DNA of 64,000 nt, taken from Candidatus Riflebacteria bacterium HGW-Riflebacteria-1 (lineage in GTDB: Bacteria > Muiribacteriota > Ozemobacteria > Ozemobacterales > Ozemobacteraceae). A program made the position numbers and the translations under genes. The DNA lies in NCBI GenBank assembly GCA_002839445.1, contig PGYB01000011.1:13817-77816 (forward strand), given 5' to 3'. Shown piece after piece: positions 37,504-47,639 of this stretch. Within the stretch, counting starts at the first letter, position 1, and every line of letters begins with the position of its first letter. Below the pieces are notes generated by a model. It saw only the letters and a program-made list of their open reading frames with translations, had not been told where the DNA came from and made no database searches.

Positions 37504-37704
37504 ATAACCTCCGCCCCGCATTTTCTCTATTATACAATACCTCGCACAAAGACATTTGGCCATGGATGGCCTTATGCAGTTGCGCCACAGGAGAGAAGCG
37601 CAACTGCCAAAACCGCAAAGATGAGGCAAAATTGCATCTTGAACCTTTATCAGAGGCGGTTGCAGTTAAATTCAGCAGCTGCAGACGTAAAAGAACCGGA
37701 TGGC

Positions 37705-38394
37705 TTAATAGCGATCGGCCTTGAAAAAGTCTGTGTCAGCCTGGAGCGGCATGTAGCGCCAGCGCTTGAGCTGAATGACCTTGCGATTAAACTTGATTGC
37801 ACATTCTGCGACGATTTGTGATGTGTAGGTGGCGGTAACGGTTGTTCCGTTATATATCAAAAATCGTCCCTGCGACTTGATTATGTAACTATCCGACTGA
37901 ATTACGCTGCCAATCGTGTGTGGGTAAGAGATTGCTCTGAAATGATAGGGTTTTGTGCTGCTTCCGGTATCTCCGTAATCGAAAAGGCTGAGGCTCTCAT
38001 TCAGGAAGAACCAGTCGCTACTGGTGGCGTTAGTGTAAGTGCCGGCAGAAAACGCCAGACCGATACCGTCCCAGTCTGTGCCAGCGGGCGAAGTCCTGGT
38101 AAAATATCGGCGTTGTGCAACCAGGCTCTGGTCAAACATCTGTTTCTGGCTTTGCGCCACTGTAATAACAAAATTTACCCCTGAAAACGCAGCATCGAGT
38201 GCGCGGTCTGAGTTGTCGATCATGCCCTGGACCTGCGTTTCGGTCTGCACCATCTTGATATAAGCGGTCGAGATCGAAATCAGCAAACCGAATACCAGTA
38301 TTACCATTATGGTGCCAGCCATGCCACGCGGCTCTTTTCTGTTCATCGAAAACTCCTTAGCCTGCGCCCGGGGCCATGAAAGTAACTGTGTCAC
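37705..38394 (-). CDS. PilX/GspK-like minor pseudopilin
   Basis: The likely start is MNRKEPRGMAGTIMVILVFGLLISI near 38346, a PilX_N-like hydrophobic N-terminus. It is the last gene of the pseudopilin operon. Confidence 0.55.
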   Translation of the reverse strand: MTQLLSWPRAQAKEFSMNRKEPRGMAGTIMVILVFGLLISISTAYIKMVQTETQVQGMIDNSDRALDAAFSGVNFVITVAQSQKQMFDQSLVAQRRYFTRTSPAGTDWDGIGLAFSAGTYTNATSSDWFFLNESLSLFDYGDTGSSTKPYHFRAISYPHTIGSVIQSDSYIIKSQGRFLIYNGTTVTATYTSQIVAECAIKFNRKVIQLKRWRYMPLQADTDFFKADRY

Positions 38395-38872
38395 TCGAAA
38401 TTATCCTGTATGTACCGTCTTCTTCGGGGACATCGTTTTTAAACTCCAGATGTATCTGAACTGACCATGATGACAGGCGTGTTGCCGTAAACGATGCCAC
38501 GTTACGACCCAGACGAATAGTTGCCGAAGCCGCTCCGTTTGCGTAATCCCGTCTCAGCAAATCATCAACAATGGAGATTGTATAAGTTCCCGGAACTCCC
38601 GGTATGGCATATCTGAGCATGGCAGTAGGTGTTGCATTTCCACCAGGCAGAGCGGCTGGCTGCGTTATGGAGCTGGCGCTCATCATATCAAGTCTGATAC
38701 GTTCTGTAGCCATGCGCATGTAGTTGGCGCTCGAAATCTTGCTGTAGCCATCCTGCCAGATTTCGCCGCTGTATTGAATATAACCGATTACGCTCACCAT
38801 CAGCATGGTCATGACGATTGTGGCGACAATGATCTCAGCCAGCGAAAACCCTCTTTTATCCATTTTCACCAC
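38357..38872 (-). CDS. prepilin-type N-terminal cleavage/methylation domain protein (minor pilin)
   Basis: KRGFSLAEIIVATIVMTML matches the G-F-[ST]-L-x-E type IV prepilin motif. Confidence 0.75.
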   Translation of the reverse strand: MVKMDKRGFSLAEIIVATIVMTMLMVSVIGYIQYSGEIWQDGYSKISSANYMRMATERIRLDMMSASSITQPAALPGGNATPTAMLRYAIPGVPGTYTISIVDDLLRRDYANGAASATIRLGRNVASFTATRLSSWSVQIHLEFKNDVPEEDGTYRIISSDTVTFMAPGAG

Positions 38873-39495
38873 AAAACCTCGCTGTCATTTTCTATATTCA
38901 CCATGTCGCCCGTGTAAGATTCAGAACTGAAAACCCCCATCGGGGTGATGATTACCTTGATTATGGAACTGCCATAGCCGAAGCCGATATACTGCTCGGC
39001 AATTGGTGCGGCGAGAGCGCTGGTGATGTCCGGATTAGTGTAAATCTGCCCGTTTGGCCAGAAGTAAAGGGTTCGTGGCAGGTTGGTTTTTATTTCGGTG
39101 CCGGTGTCGAAAGTGATTTCGTAAGCTTCGATTGCATCGAACCAGTATGTGCTGTTATAGATGCCGTCATGGTGGGTGGTTCCATCATACGTGCCGATAG
39201 GCGGGTCGTCAAACGCGCTATGTACCTGCACGCGGTATGCCGACGGCGCTACGCTTGATGGGTCAGTATCGAAAATCAGTCGATACACCGCCTGTTGCTC
39301 AATTGCCTTGTAGCGCGCCAGCCTGACGTTCTGCACAAAAATTTCACCTTCGGCTTTTACCTGCATTCCCGAAAAAAAGTTAGCCATACCCGGCAATACT
39401 ATGCTCGACACGATCGAAATGATGGCAAGCCCGGCCAGCACTTCCATCAGGCTATAACCTGATTTCGAGACGGGGCGTGCTTCGCGGCGGTTCAT
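38866..39495 (-). CDS. prepilin-type minor pilin (GspH/FimT-like)
   Basis: SKSGYSLMEVLAGLAIISIVSS is a prepilin cleavage and methylation motif. Confidence 0.75.
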   Translation of the reverse strand: MNRREARPVSKSGYSLMEVLAGLAIISIVSSIVLPGMANFFSGMQVKAEGEIFVQNVRLARYKAIEQQAVYRLIFDTDPSSVAPSAYRVQVHSAFDDPPIGTYDGTTHHDGIYNSTYWFDAIEAYEITFDTGTEIKTNLPRTLYFWPNGQIYTNPDITSALAAPIAEQYIGFGYGSSIIKVIITPMGVFSSESYTGDMVNIENDSEVLW

Positions 39496-39507
39496 GTTAT
39501 TACTACC

Positions 39508-42500
39508 TTATGGAGTGAATTTGAAGATCTGAGTGGTCCCATTGGTTCCGTCGGTAGTACCGCCGAACAGATAGATCGACGAACCACAGGCAACAGCGCT
39601 CAGATGTGATCGAGCAGCCGGCAGCACGGTTACATCTCTGACTACTTTTGTATCGGGGTTCCAGGCGTGTATGCCAGCCTGTCTGACGCCACCGGTCATG
39701 CCGCCGAAGATGAAGATTTCGTCGCCGAACGAGCAGACGCCGGCATAGGCGCGTCTCGGCAGGGTGGCAGAAGTTGTCTGGGTTAAGTCAAAATAGCTGG
39801 CGCTGCTGTCTGAAACAGGAGTCCAGGTATTGGCGTCAAAGTCGAATATGTCGACATTGGCCGCATTAGTCGTGCCGCCGGTGAAACCACCGATGCGGTA
39901 AACCGTTCCCTTGTGCCAGACCAGGTTATGACCGAATACTGCAGTAGCAAGGGGGCGCAAAGTGCGCGATATCCCAACATGGTAGCCGGTATTGCTCGCA
40001 AAATATCCGGTGCCGTGTGGCCAGTAGACCAGGGCCGTGGTGGTCGCAGTGACAAAGCCTTGAGGCTGCCCGCCAGCGATAATGATGCCGTATGGAGTCG
40101 TGCAGGCTGCGCCCAGGCCCATCGGCAGCGTAACAGGAACATCTGACGGGCTGTCGAGAGCGACTTTGCTCATGCCGGGCTGGTCAGCTGTAATCAGGCC
40201 GGCAGTGGTGTCGTAAAATCTCAGATTGTGTATTTTGGGGTTGTTACCGTCATGCGTCGAGTTAACCTTGAGTCGATAATAGTTGTGTTTTGAAATGTAG
40301 CTGCTGTCGATTGCATAAAGGTATTCGATCGTAGTGTTTGGAGCATTGGCTGTCGTGCCGCCATGTGCAAAGGGTAACTGGGTTACCGATGAGAAATTTT
40401 GGTCACTTGAGCCTTCAAGGCTGAAGGAATTTACCCGGCCTGCAGTGTCTCCGCATCTCATTTTTACATACCTGACGGTAGAGCCGCCCTGGGTCGAAGC
40501 CGAAATGCCGACCCAGGCGCCCGTGCTACTGGTACCCTGCCAGCAGGTGGCTTGAGATACGTCAAAAGCATAATAACCTTCATCGCCGCTGTTGGTTCCG
40601 CTTCTGTATACCTTATAAGGTGATGGTGCGGTGTCGCTTGTCATGTCAACGTGCGGTATCGGTCTGATGCCGGTCAGATAAAACCACATTTCGCGAACTG
40701 CCGGCCAGAATGGTATGCTGTCCTCGTAGCATGTAAGGGTTTTAATGCGATAATGCTGGTATGCAACGTTGTTTGCGAAGCTGTTGGGCCAGCTGGTAGA
40801 TCCCTGAGGAACTGTGCCGCTGGTCAGCAACATCCATTGTGCTTCTGTTGTTGGGGGATTTTCGTTTGAACCATGCAGCTGAAAGTTTTCGACTCCATGG
40901 ATGTTGCCTTCTTCTTCGGTGAAGTTATTATTGATAACAATTTTGTTAACTACGGTTCGCAGCGAAGTCGAGCCATAATTGTATATAGCCCAGATATTGC
41001 TCCAGGGCTCGCCGGCCGTTGTGTAGTTTTGCCAGCCACTGCTGCCGGTGACGCCGTCAAACATTCTCCAGGTATTATAACCGCCGCCGGTATTTGTGTG
41101 CCCGGAGTCAGAGATTAAAATTGGCGTTGGCTGAGGATTCTGGTTATACGAAACCTGAAGTTCGCCGAGACCTACGCTGGCTTCGTCGTAAGAAGTCAGG
41201 AGTTCTCCTGAAACACTGTTGTATCGCTGTACCCAGTCTGACTTGGTAGTAGTACTGGTGGTGGTGATGCCCTGAAAAGAATAAATCATGTTGTCATAAG
41301 CTGCAACTGAGTTGAATTTAACCCCCAGGTTCAGGTTAGACACCGTGTTGGAAACATTGGTTGCCGGATTGTAACAGTAGATGTTGGTTACAGGAGCATT
41401 GTTTATGACTGAGGTGCCGCCCATGATGTAAATACCGCCGGCGCCAAGGGCGGCATTGTTGTTGCCGACCATGCCGGCTGGCAGGCTGCCTATTGCCACC
41501 AGCGATCCGCTGGCCAGCGTCGATTTGTAAGTGGTGAACGGTTTGGCGGCCAGGGAAAATACCGGGAGTTTCGCAGTTACGCTGGCAATCAGCCGGCCGA
41601 AGCCAGTCGAGGGTGTTTTGTCAGTACCATCGAAAAAGCTGTCGAGAGGGTTGCCGATGTCTGTGACATACAATGTTTTGTCAGAACCCCCGGATGCAAA
41701 GATGAGCTTCTGGCTGTCAGGGCTTACTACCAGCTGTTGGCTGGCAACGGTAGAGGCAGCGTTGTTGACAATCCTGGTAAGACTCTGGCCTGGTTTCAGT
41801 GCCCAGACTTTGGCACCCGTGGCGTCGAGAACGAACAGTATCGGGTTGGCCACGTCGCGTGAAAATGCCAGTGCGTTACCGTAGGCGCTGCAACCGGTAA
41901 TGTTGTAAGACCTGAGAAAGGTCGGCTTGAAGTTGAACGGCCTGGTGGTTTCGGAGGAGATGGCTGTCCAGCCGGTCAGAAAAACGTTTCTTGACTCTGC
42001 TGCTCCGGAGTTCGTTGTTCCTGCCGGTGAAGCACCGACGTTTGTGTGAGTGAAAATTCCCTGCCTTATATTGCCGCCATTGGTGTTGAACTCGAGCTGA
42101 ACGAGGCTGGCGGTGTAGGAACTCTGCGAATAGGCAACGCTTGTGCTGCCGGCGCTGCTGGCATCAAGCCTTTCTAACCAGTAGTTGTGGTTGATCAGTA
42201 ATCTGGAGTAGTCCTGGTTGTAGATGGCAAGGGTGCCGACATCTAAAGTCGGGGCGAAATAACCGAAAACTCTGCGGTTGGAGTCGCGCTTGGCCGTATT
42301 GACCCCGGCTGAGACAGAGACGCCGGTGTCGAGATCAAAATTGCCGGGGTAATTTCTGAAACCGGTCCAGGACTCGTTGCAGGTCAAAGCCGCCTTGATA
42401 CTGATGCCGCTGCCGGTAAAGACACAGCTGCTGATGACATTGTTAAAATTCCAGTAGACGTCGTTGCCGACACGATAATCCGATATCCAGCCTTTCAGCT

Positions 42501-44934
42501 GTGTTTCATGGCCGAAGTTGTTGCCGCCAAAGTCATACAGATGAACCTTGTTGGGTAATGGATCCCTGGCCTCGATGGCAAGAAAACCTTCGCATGGGCT
42601 GATTGCGATGTTCTGGGCGTAGCGCGGCGGGAAGTTGTTGAAATCGCTGGTCAACCAGCGCGCGAACGGCGCGTATTTGCCTTTGTCGGTGCCCCATTTA
42701 ATTTTGCCGATCCATTCGAGCATGGCGTTGCCGTCGGCTCTTGCGTAAAGCACGAGAAAGCCGCCATTCGGCATGCCGATCAGGTCTTTTCGCTGCCAGG
42801 CCGTGTCCAGATCGATATCAATGCCGATACCGGAGGGGCGCGGCGCGTGGGGTGCCCAAAATGCATTGCTGCCGGTGACTTCGAGAGAAGCGAAAAAGTC
42901 GTCTATGTTGAAACTGGCTGCATATTCAGACAGTGTGTCGTCATCATTAGAATATGCGAGCGCGCGGCCGGCGGCAGTACCCTGATTCGTGCTGATTGTG
43001 GTGTCGGTAACCAGGTTAAAGGTGTCGAGGCCGGTGGCGTTAGATCCAAAACCGACTTTAAGGCGGTTGCCCTGCGGGGAAATGGCAAGAGCAGCCGGTT
43101 TGGCGCGCAAGTCGGTTGCTTTGTTGACGTCGAGTTTGAGAGTGCCGAGGTCGAGAAATTCGACAGTATGTTTGCTGCTGTTGTCGCTGCTGCCGATTGC
43201 CAGGTATTCTGACGGGCGCGAAACCATGTCGGCCGCCGGTTTTTTTGTGCTGTCGTAGTCGAGAATGTTATCGCCCGGAACGGCTAGAACGCTTTGTGCC
43301 GCCAGTTCGCCAATGTTGGCAAAATACATTTCGGGCTTATCTTTATGGGTAAACATAGCGGTATTGCCTGTCGGGGCGATAACTGCAAGGTCGGCTTTCA
43401 TTTTGTAGCCTGGGTGTGCCCGGTAAGTCGGTATGGCACCAGCTCCAGTCGGGTTGTTGGCAAAAATAATGCTGCTGATCGTCGCCAGTCGTAGACCGCC
43501 GGTGACGTCATCGACTTTGTCGGTCATCATCAAGTATCTTGAATCTGGCGAGACAATCATGTCTCTGAACTTGTCAGCGGACACGAATTCTGCAACGCCA
43601 ATCTTTCGCAGTGGCGATGACGAATATTGGGCGACCTTTTTGTTATCGCCGACAATGTAGACCCACTTGCCGTCGAACGAGGTTGCAACGGTGCTTACTG
43701 CGTCTCCTCCCATGGGTGCGAGCATCTGTTCAAAACGCCAGGTGGTGAACGAATCCTGGTCGGGATACATGGGAAACCTGATTACGTTTTTCTTGTCTTT
43801 TATCGCGAGATAAAGATAGCCATCATTACCAGCTATAAGGTCAGTGAACACGGCGCTGTCTGTATCAGAATTACCTTCGTTCTTTACGTCAAAGCTCCTC
43901 ACCAGACTGACTGTTGGTGGCCAGATATGGGTCGCTGTGCCAACATCTATTCCATACACATAGAGAAACTTGTTGCTGTGACTTGTTACAAAAAAGAACT
44001 TGCCGTCAGGTCTGAACACAAAGCCACGATCTTCTTCGGCCTTGGTAGCATCTGCTTCCTTGATGTCGGCATATTTGCCGCCTGCTACCGGATGAGTGGT
44101 GACCACTGTGGTGTCTCGATAATTCGGATGTGACTGGTCTACGTTGATCATGCGTATGGTGCTTTCACACTGTGCACCGACAACCCGGCGGGTCGGGTGG
44201 ATATCTATGTTCCACGGTCGATTAGGGTTCTGTTCCGCTTTTTCGATCCCTTTCGATAGGTCTGCCAGAGGTATGCTGAAAGTTTCGGCTATGCTTCTGG
44301 TAGTGGGGTCGACTGCGAGAACTTTCAGCATGTTGGAGTTTGCCACCCATATATAATTGTCTCCGAATGTCGGAATATTGAGCAGTGACATGTAACTGAT
44401 CGAATCGGTTGCGATGACGGAACTGCTTTCGAGCAGCTCGGCTTTAACTACTAGAGCTTTAAGTCCCTTGGGCGACATCAGGTATGACGAATCAATAATC
44501 AGATTGTTCGTAGTCGTCGCTATGGTTACGTTTTCCTTGACCTCTGTGCTGACTTTGTATGTGAACATGATGTCATTGAGATCGAAAATACCGGTTTCTT
44601 CTGTAAAACTGGCCATAGTGCCAGAGTCTGTTGCCAGATAACTGTCTACTGATTTGTAATTGATCGGATCCAATGAATCCTTGAATACATAATGATAGGA
44701 TGTGGAGGGGTTAATAGCGGTATGGGAGAACGCCCCGGCAGAAAGTTCCTGATTCAATCGCGATCGTGCGAGCATACGCAATTTTTCGCGGTGGTTGAAA
44801 TTCTCGGTATGTCTGATCCCGCCCTGCATTGTACCAACGATCGGCATGATACAGTAGCCTGCAATTACTGTGGCCACAAGAATTTCAGCCAAGGTAAAAC
44901 CGCGACGCTTCAAATACAGAAATAGTCTGTACAT
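39508..44934 (-). CDS. giant (1808 aa) prepilin-type protein, a putative pilus-tip adhesin (PilY1-like in size, not in motif)
   Basis: The N-terminus is LKRRGFTLAEILVATVIAGYCIMPIVG (a G|FTLAE prepilin motif). The remaining ~1770 aa are rich in Ser, Thr, Gly and Asn, beta-rich, and have no transmembrane segment. It is the first gene of the four-gene pseudopilin operon. Confidence 0.75.
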   Translation of the reverse strand: MYRLFLYLKRRGFTLAEILVATVIAGYCIMPIVGTMQGGIRHTENFNHREKLRMLARSRLNQELSAGAFSHTAINPSTSYHYVFKDSLDPINYKSVDSYLATDSGTMASFTEETGIFDLNDIMFTYKVSTEVKENVTIATTTNNLIIDSSYLMSPKGLKALVVKAELLESSSVIATDSISYMSLLNIPTFGDNYIWVANSNMLKVLAVDPTTRSIAETFSIPLADLSKGIEKAEQNPNRPWNIDIHPTRRVVGAQCESTIRMINVDQSHPNYRDTTVVTTHPVAGGKYADIKEADATKAEEDRGFVFRPDGKFFFVTSHSNKFLYVYGIDVGTATHIWPPTVSLVRSFDVKNEGNSDTDSAVFTDLIAGNDGYLYLAIKDKKNVIRFPMYPDQDSFTTWRFEQMLAPMGGDAVSTVATSFDGKWVYIVGDNKKVAQYSSSPLRKIGVAEFVSADKFRDMIVSPDSRYLMMTDKVDDVTGGLRLATISSIIFANNPTGAGAIPTYRAHPGYKMKADLAVIAPTGNTAMFTHKDKPEMYFANIGELAAQSVLAVPGDNILDYDSTKKPAADMVSRPSEYLAIGSSDNSSKHTVEFLDLGTLKLDVNKATDLRAKPAALAISPQGNRLKVGFGSNATGLDTFNLVTDTTISTNQGTAAGRALAYSNDDDTLSEYAASFNIDDFFASLEVTGSNAFWAPHAPRPSGIGIDIDLDTAWQRKDLIGMPNGGFLVLYARADGNAMLEWIGKIKWGTDKGKYAPFARWLTSDFNNFPPRYAQNIAISPCEGFLAIEARDPLPNKVHLYDFGGNNFGHETQLKGWISDYRVGNDVYWNFNNVISSCVFTGSGISIKAALTCNESWTGFRNYPGNFDLDTGVSVSAGVNTAKRDSNRRVFGYFAPTLDVGTLAIYNQDYSRLLINHNYWLERLDASSAGSTSVAYSQSSYTASLVQLEFNTNGGNIRQGIFTHTNVGASPAGTTNSGAAESRNVFLTGWTAISSETTRPFNFKPTFLRSYNITGCSAYGNALAFSRDVANPILFVLDATGAKVWALKPGQSLTRIVNNAASTVASQQLVVSPDSQKLIFASGGSDKTLYVTDIGNPLDSFFDGTDKTPSTGFGRLIASVTAKLPVFSLAAKPFTTYKSTLASGSLVAIGSLPAGMVGNNNAALGAGGIYIMGGTSVINNAPVTNIYCYNPATNVSNTVSNLNLGVKFNSVAAYDNMIYSFQGITTTSTTTKSDWVQRYNSVSGELLTSYDEASVGLGELQVSYNQNPQPTPILISDSGHTNTGGGYNTWRMFDGVTGSSGWQNYTTAGEPWSNIWAIYNYGSTSLRTVVNKIVINNNFTEEEGNIHGVENFQLHGSNENPPTTEAQWMLLTSGTVPQGSTSWPNSFANNVAYQHYRIKTLTCYEDSIPFWPAVREMWFYLTGIRPIPHVDMTSDTAPSPYKVYRSGTNSGDEGYYAFDVSQATCWQGTSSTGAWVGISASTQGGSTVRYVKMRCGDTAGRVNSFSLEGSSDQNFSSVTQLPFAHGGTTANAPNTTIEYLYAIDSSYISKHNYYRLKVNSTHDGNNPKIHNLRFYDTTAGLITADQPGMSKVALDSPSDVPVTLPMGLGAACTTPYGIIIAGGQPQGFVTATTTALVYWPHGTGYFASNTGYHVGISRTLRPLATAVFGHNLVWHKGTVYRIGGFTGGTTNAANVDIFDFDANTWTPVSDSSASYFDLTQTTSATLPRRAYAGVCSFGDEIFIFGGMTGGVRQAGIHAWNPDTKVVRDVTVLPAARSHLSAVACGSSIYLFGGTTDGTNGTTQIFKFTP

Positions 44935-45105
44935 ATCTGACCTCTTTCATCTACAAAGCAACAGTCATGCCATCGTTAAGCAGGTTTTCAGCAGGCATGA
45001 CTCAACCGGTTTTGAGCACAAGAAGCCGCTATTCTTCTCTTTTAATTCTACACGCTATCAGGATCAATAGGTGAATTTTTTTACAGCTGCAGATTTTTTT
45101 TACAC

Positions 45106-47394
45106 TCAACGCCGGAATGGTTGCAAAAGAGAATACAGGCTTGAATAACTGTCGGTCCATACTTTTCCGGCAGCGATATTGTTTCTTAAGTTTTGCCAGT
45201 CAATATATTCGCACTTTTTGAGCTCTGTCGCTACCTGTAGCGACTCTGTTAAAACGACATATTCAGTCACGCTGCGCCCGAAATTCCCAGGATCATTCTG
45301 GTCGAATACTCTGTCTAGACTGTAAAGCCCATATAGACTTAACTGGTTCGCCAGCGCTGCAAGCATGGGTTTTAAATCCAGGTAGCGGTTGGCAATGTTG
45401 ATTACAATAACCCCATCTGGTTTCAATCTGGAAAAATACATCCTCATGGCCTCAAGAGTCATCAGATGTACCGGGATTGAATCAGAAGAAAATGCGTCGA
45501 GAAATATCATGTCATAATAAGCTTCCTGCGACTTTTCGATCATGCGGCGGCCATCACCGCATACAATACGGCTACGCCCTTTAAAGGTCGCCAGATACGA
45601 AAAGTAATCGGTATTGTTCGCTATTTTTATGACCTGTGGGTCGATTTCATAAAAAGTGAACTCATTTCCCGGCTTTGAATAGGCAAGGAGTGAACCAATG
45701 CCGAGACCTAGAATTCCTGCCTTTAAATCAGGCTTGTGTGAAAACAGCTGTCGAAAGGCACTGCCAACCGGACCATTTCTGTGATAATAATCGAGCGGGT
45801 CGAACATCGACTCCAGATTCAGACTCTGCCTGCCGTGCACTGTAGAACCGTATATCAGAGATACCATCTGGTCTTCAATACTAAGTCTGACATCCTTTAT
45901 TCCGAAAAAATTTCTCATGCTGCACAGTTTTATTGGAGCATTTCCTGTCTGCCAGATAGTTGTGAGAACAAGACAAACCATGGTGAACATCGCAAGATTT
46001 ATTCTAGGGAGTTTTCGCAGAGTGAGCAGAGGTAAAATTGTGACCAGAATCATAGCAAGTGTTTTACAGGAATTCTGCTTTTCGATAAGAAATAGCACAG
46101 TAGTTCTCAGAAAGCCGATTTCCGGGTTTATTCCAATGTTATGAGCGTTGTGCTGAAGAAATTTAGCAAAGCCAATCGACTCGATGGCGGCAAACATTGC
46201 GGCAGCATAAGTTCCCATTATGACCGTAAGCACCAGGCTTTCATCAGGTCTTTCTTCCGTTTTGTCGGCAGCTTCTGCCAGCGTGAAGTGCCTGGTAAGA
46301 TAGCATGAGAGAATTATCAGGATTGGATATTCGGCGGAACTGGTAAACAGTAACGGCGCTATGAAGCTGATCAGTAGGCTTCCGACTGCTCCTCCAAGAG
46401 AAATATTCGCGTAAAACAAGGTCAGGTGTCTTACTGACGGCCTGTTTCTGGCAAGGTATGTGTGGCAATAGAGCGAAATGGTGAAGAGAATTGCAAGATG
46501 AAGTGGTGCAGCCACCCATAGGTTGGTATTGAGCTTGTAGTAAGCGACAGGGAATACCATGACAGCCGCAAAAAATAGTTTTTTGATGTGCGCCGGGGCA
46601 AGGTTCCAGGTGCTGAAAGCCATTACATAGGTCAGCAGATAGATTGCCAGCGGAATTATCCACAGAAGAGGAACCGGAGAAATGTCAGCGGTTATGAACT
46701 GGGTCGCTGCCAACAGCAGTGCCGATGGGAACAGCGCTGCCACCAGCCATTTGAGCATGGTTTCGTAGCTCGGCGCCTGGTCTGTAGATTCTATTTCGGC
46801 TGTATCAGCAGTTTCCGATTTGACGGTGAGTCGGCAGGCAACCAGCATTACTATGAGCAGGGCAAATCCGCCCGACCATATTTTTGCCTGGACAGCCAGA
46901 TCGAAAGATGGTTCAACCAGCGTTGGATAAAGCAATAGCGCGGCAAAACTGCCGAGATTGCTGGCGGCGAAAAGAAAATAGGGGTTGTCAGCTTTTTGAT
47001 GCCCGGTGCGGCTGAACCAGAACTGAAGAAGTGGTGAAAGGGCTGTCAGCACAAAAAATGGTAATCCTGCACTTTTGAAAAGCCTGACGATCAGCCACAG
47101 CGAAGGATCTTCCGGAACTGTGGCCGCGCGGTCAAAAGAAATCGGCAGCAGAATCAATGCGCCAACCATAAGCAGCAGATGAGTTAATGCCTGCCGGTAC
47201 AGCCCGAGCCGTCGCAGCGAAAAATGCGCGTAACCATAGCCCGCCAGCATCAGCGCTTGAAAGAAAAACAGGCAGCTGTTCCAGGCCGCCGGCGCGCCGC
47301 CAACCAGCGGCAGAATCATCTTGCCGATCATCGGCTGCACCAGAAAAATAAGAAACGCCGACAAAAACACCGTCGCCGAATATAAAACCAGCAA
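45106..47394 (-). CDS. polytopic membrane protein fused to a spermidine/spermine synthase-like (PABS) C-terminal domain
   Basis: About 13 predicted transmembrane helices in the N-terminal ~480 aa. The C-terminal region ...GLGIGSL...DMIFLDAFSSDSIPVHLMTLEAMRMYFSRLKPDGVIVINIAN is an aminopropyltransferase-like fold. Confidence 0.7.
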   Translation of the reverse strand: MLVLYSATVFLSAFLIFLVQPMIGKMILPLVGGAPAAWNSCLFFFQALMLAGYGYAHFSLRRLGLYRQALTHLLLMVGALILLPISFDRAATVPEDPSLWLIVRLFKSAGLPFFVLTALSPLLQFWFSRTGHQKADNPYFLFAASNLGSFAALLLYPTLVEPSFDLAVQAKIWSGGFALLIVMLVACRLTVKSETADTAEIESTDQAPSYETMLKWLVAALFPSALLLAATQFITADISPVPLLWIIPLAIYLLTYVMAFSTWNLAPAHIKKLFFAAVMVFPVAYYKLNTNLWVAAPLHLAILFTISLYCHTYLARNRPSVRHLTLFYANISLGGAVGSLLISFIAPLLFTSSAEYPILIILSCYLTRHFTLAEAADKTEERPDESLVLTVIMGTYAAAMFAAIESIGFAKFLQHNAHNIGINPEIGFLRTTVLFLIEKQNSCKTLAMILVTILPLLTLRKLPRINLAMFTMVCLVLTTIWQTGNAPIKLCSMRNFFGIKDVRLSIEDQMVSLIYGSTVHGRQSLNLESMFDPLDYYHRNGPVGSAFRQLFSHKPDLKAGILGLGIGSLLAYSKPGNEFTFYEIDPQVIKIANNTDYFSYLATFKGRSRIVCGDGRRMIEKSQEAYYDMIFLDAFSSDSIPVHLMTLEAMRMYFSRLKPDGVIVINIANRYLDLKPMLAALANQLSLYGLYSLDRVFDQNDPGNFGRSVTEYVVLTESLQVATELKKCEYIDWQNLRNNIAAGKVWTDSYSSLYSLLQPFRR

Positions 47395-47639
47395 ATCGTC
47401 AGCCCCTTATCAATCGTTAGTCATTGCGACTGCGAGGTGCAGCCGAAGCAGGAAGCAATCCCATTGTCTCGTCATTGCTGCAATAACTTCTGAGTCTCAA
47501 TGATAAAAGTTTTTCCGGCCGCATGCAATGACAATAAAAATCGCGCACGAAGCCACAAAGGCACGAAGAACGAATCCGAGACTGTCGCCGATTAACGCAG
47601 ATTAAATTTTGAGTTGCAGCGTCCGTGACATACGTTCTG

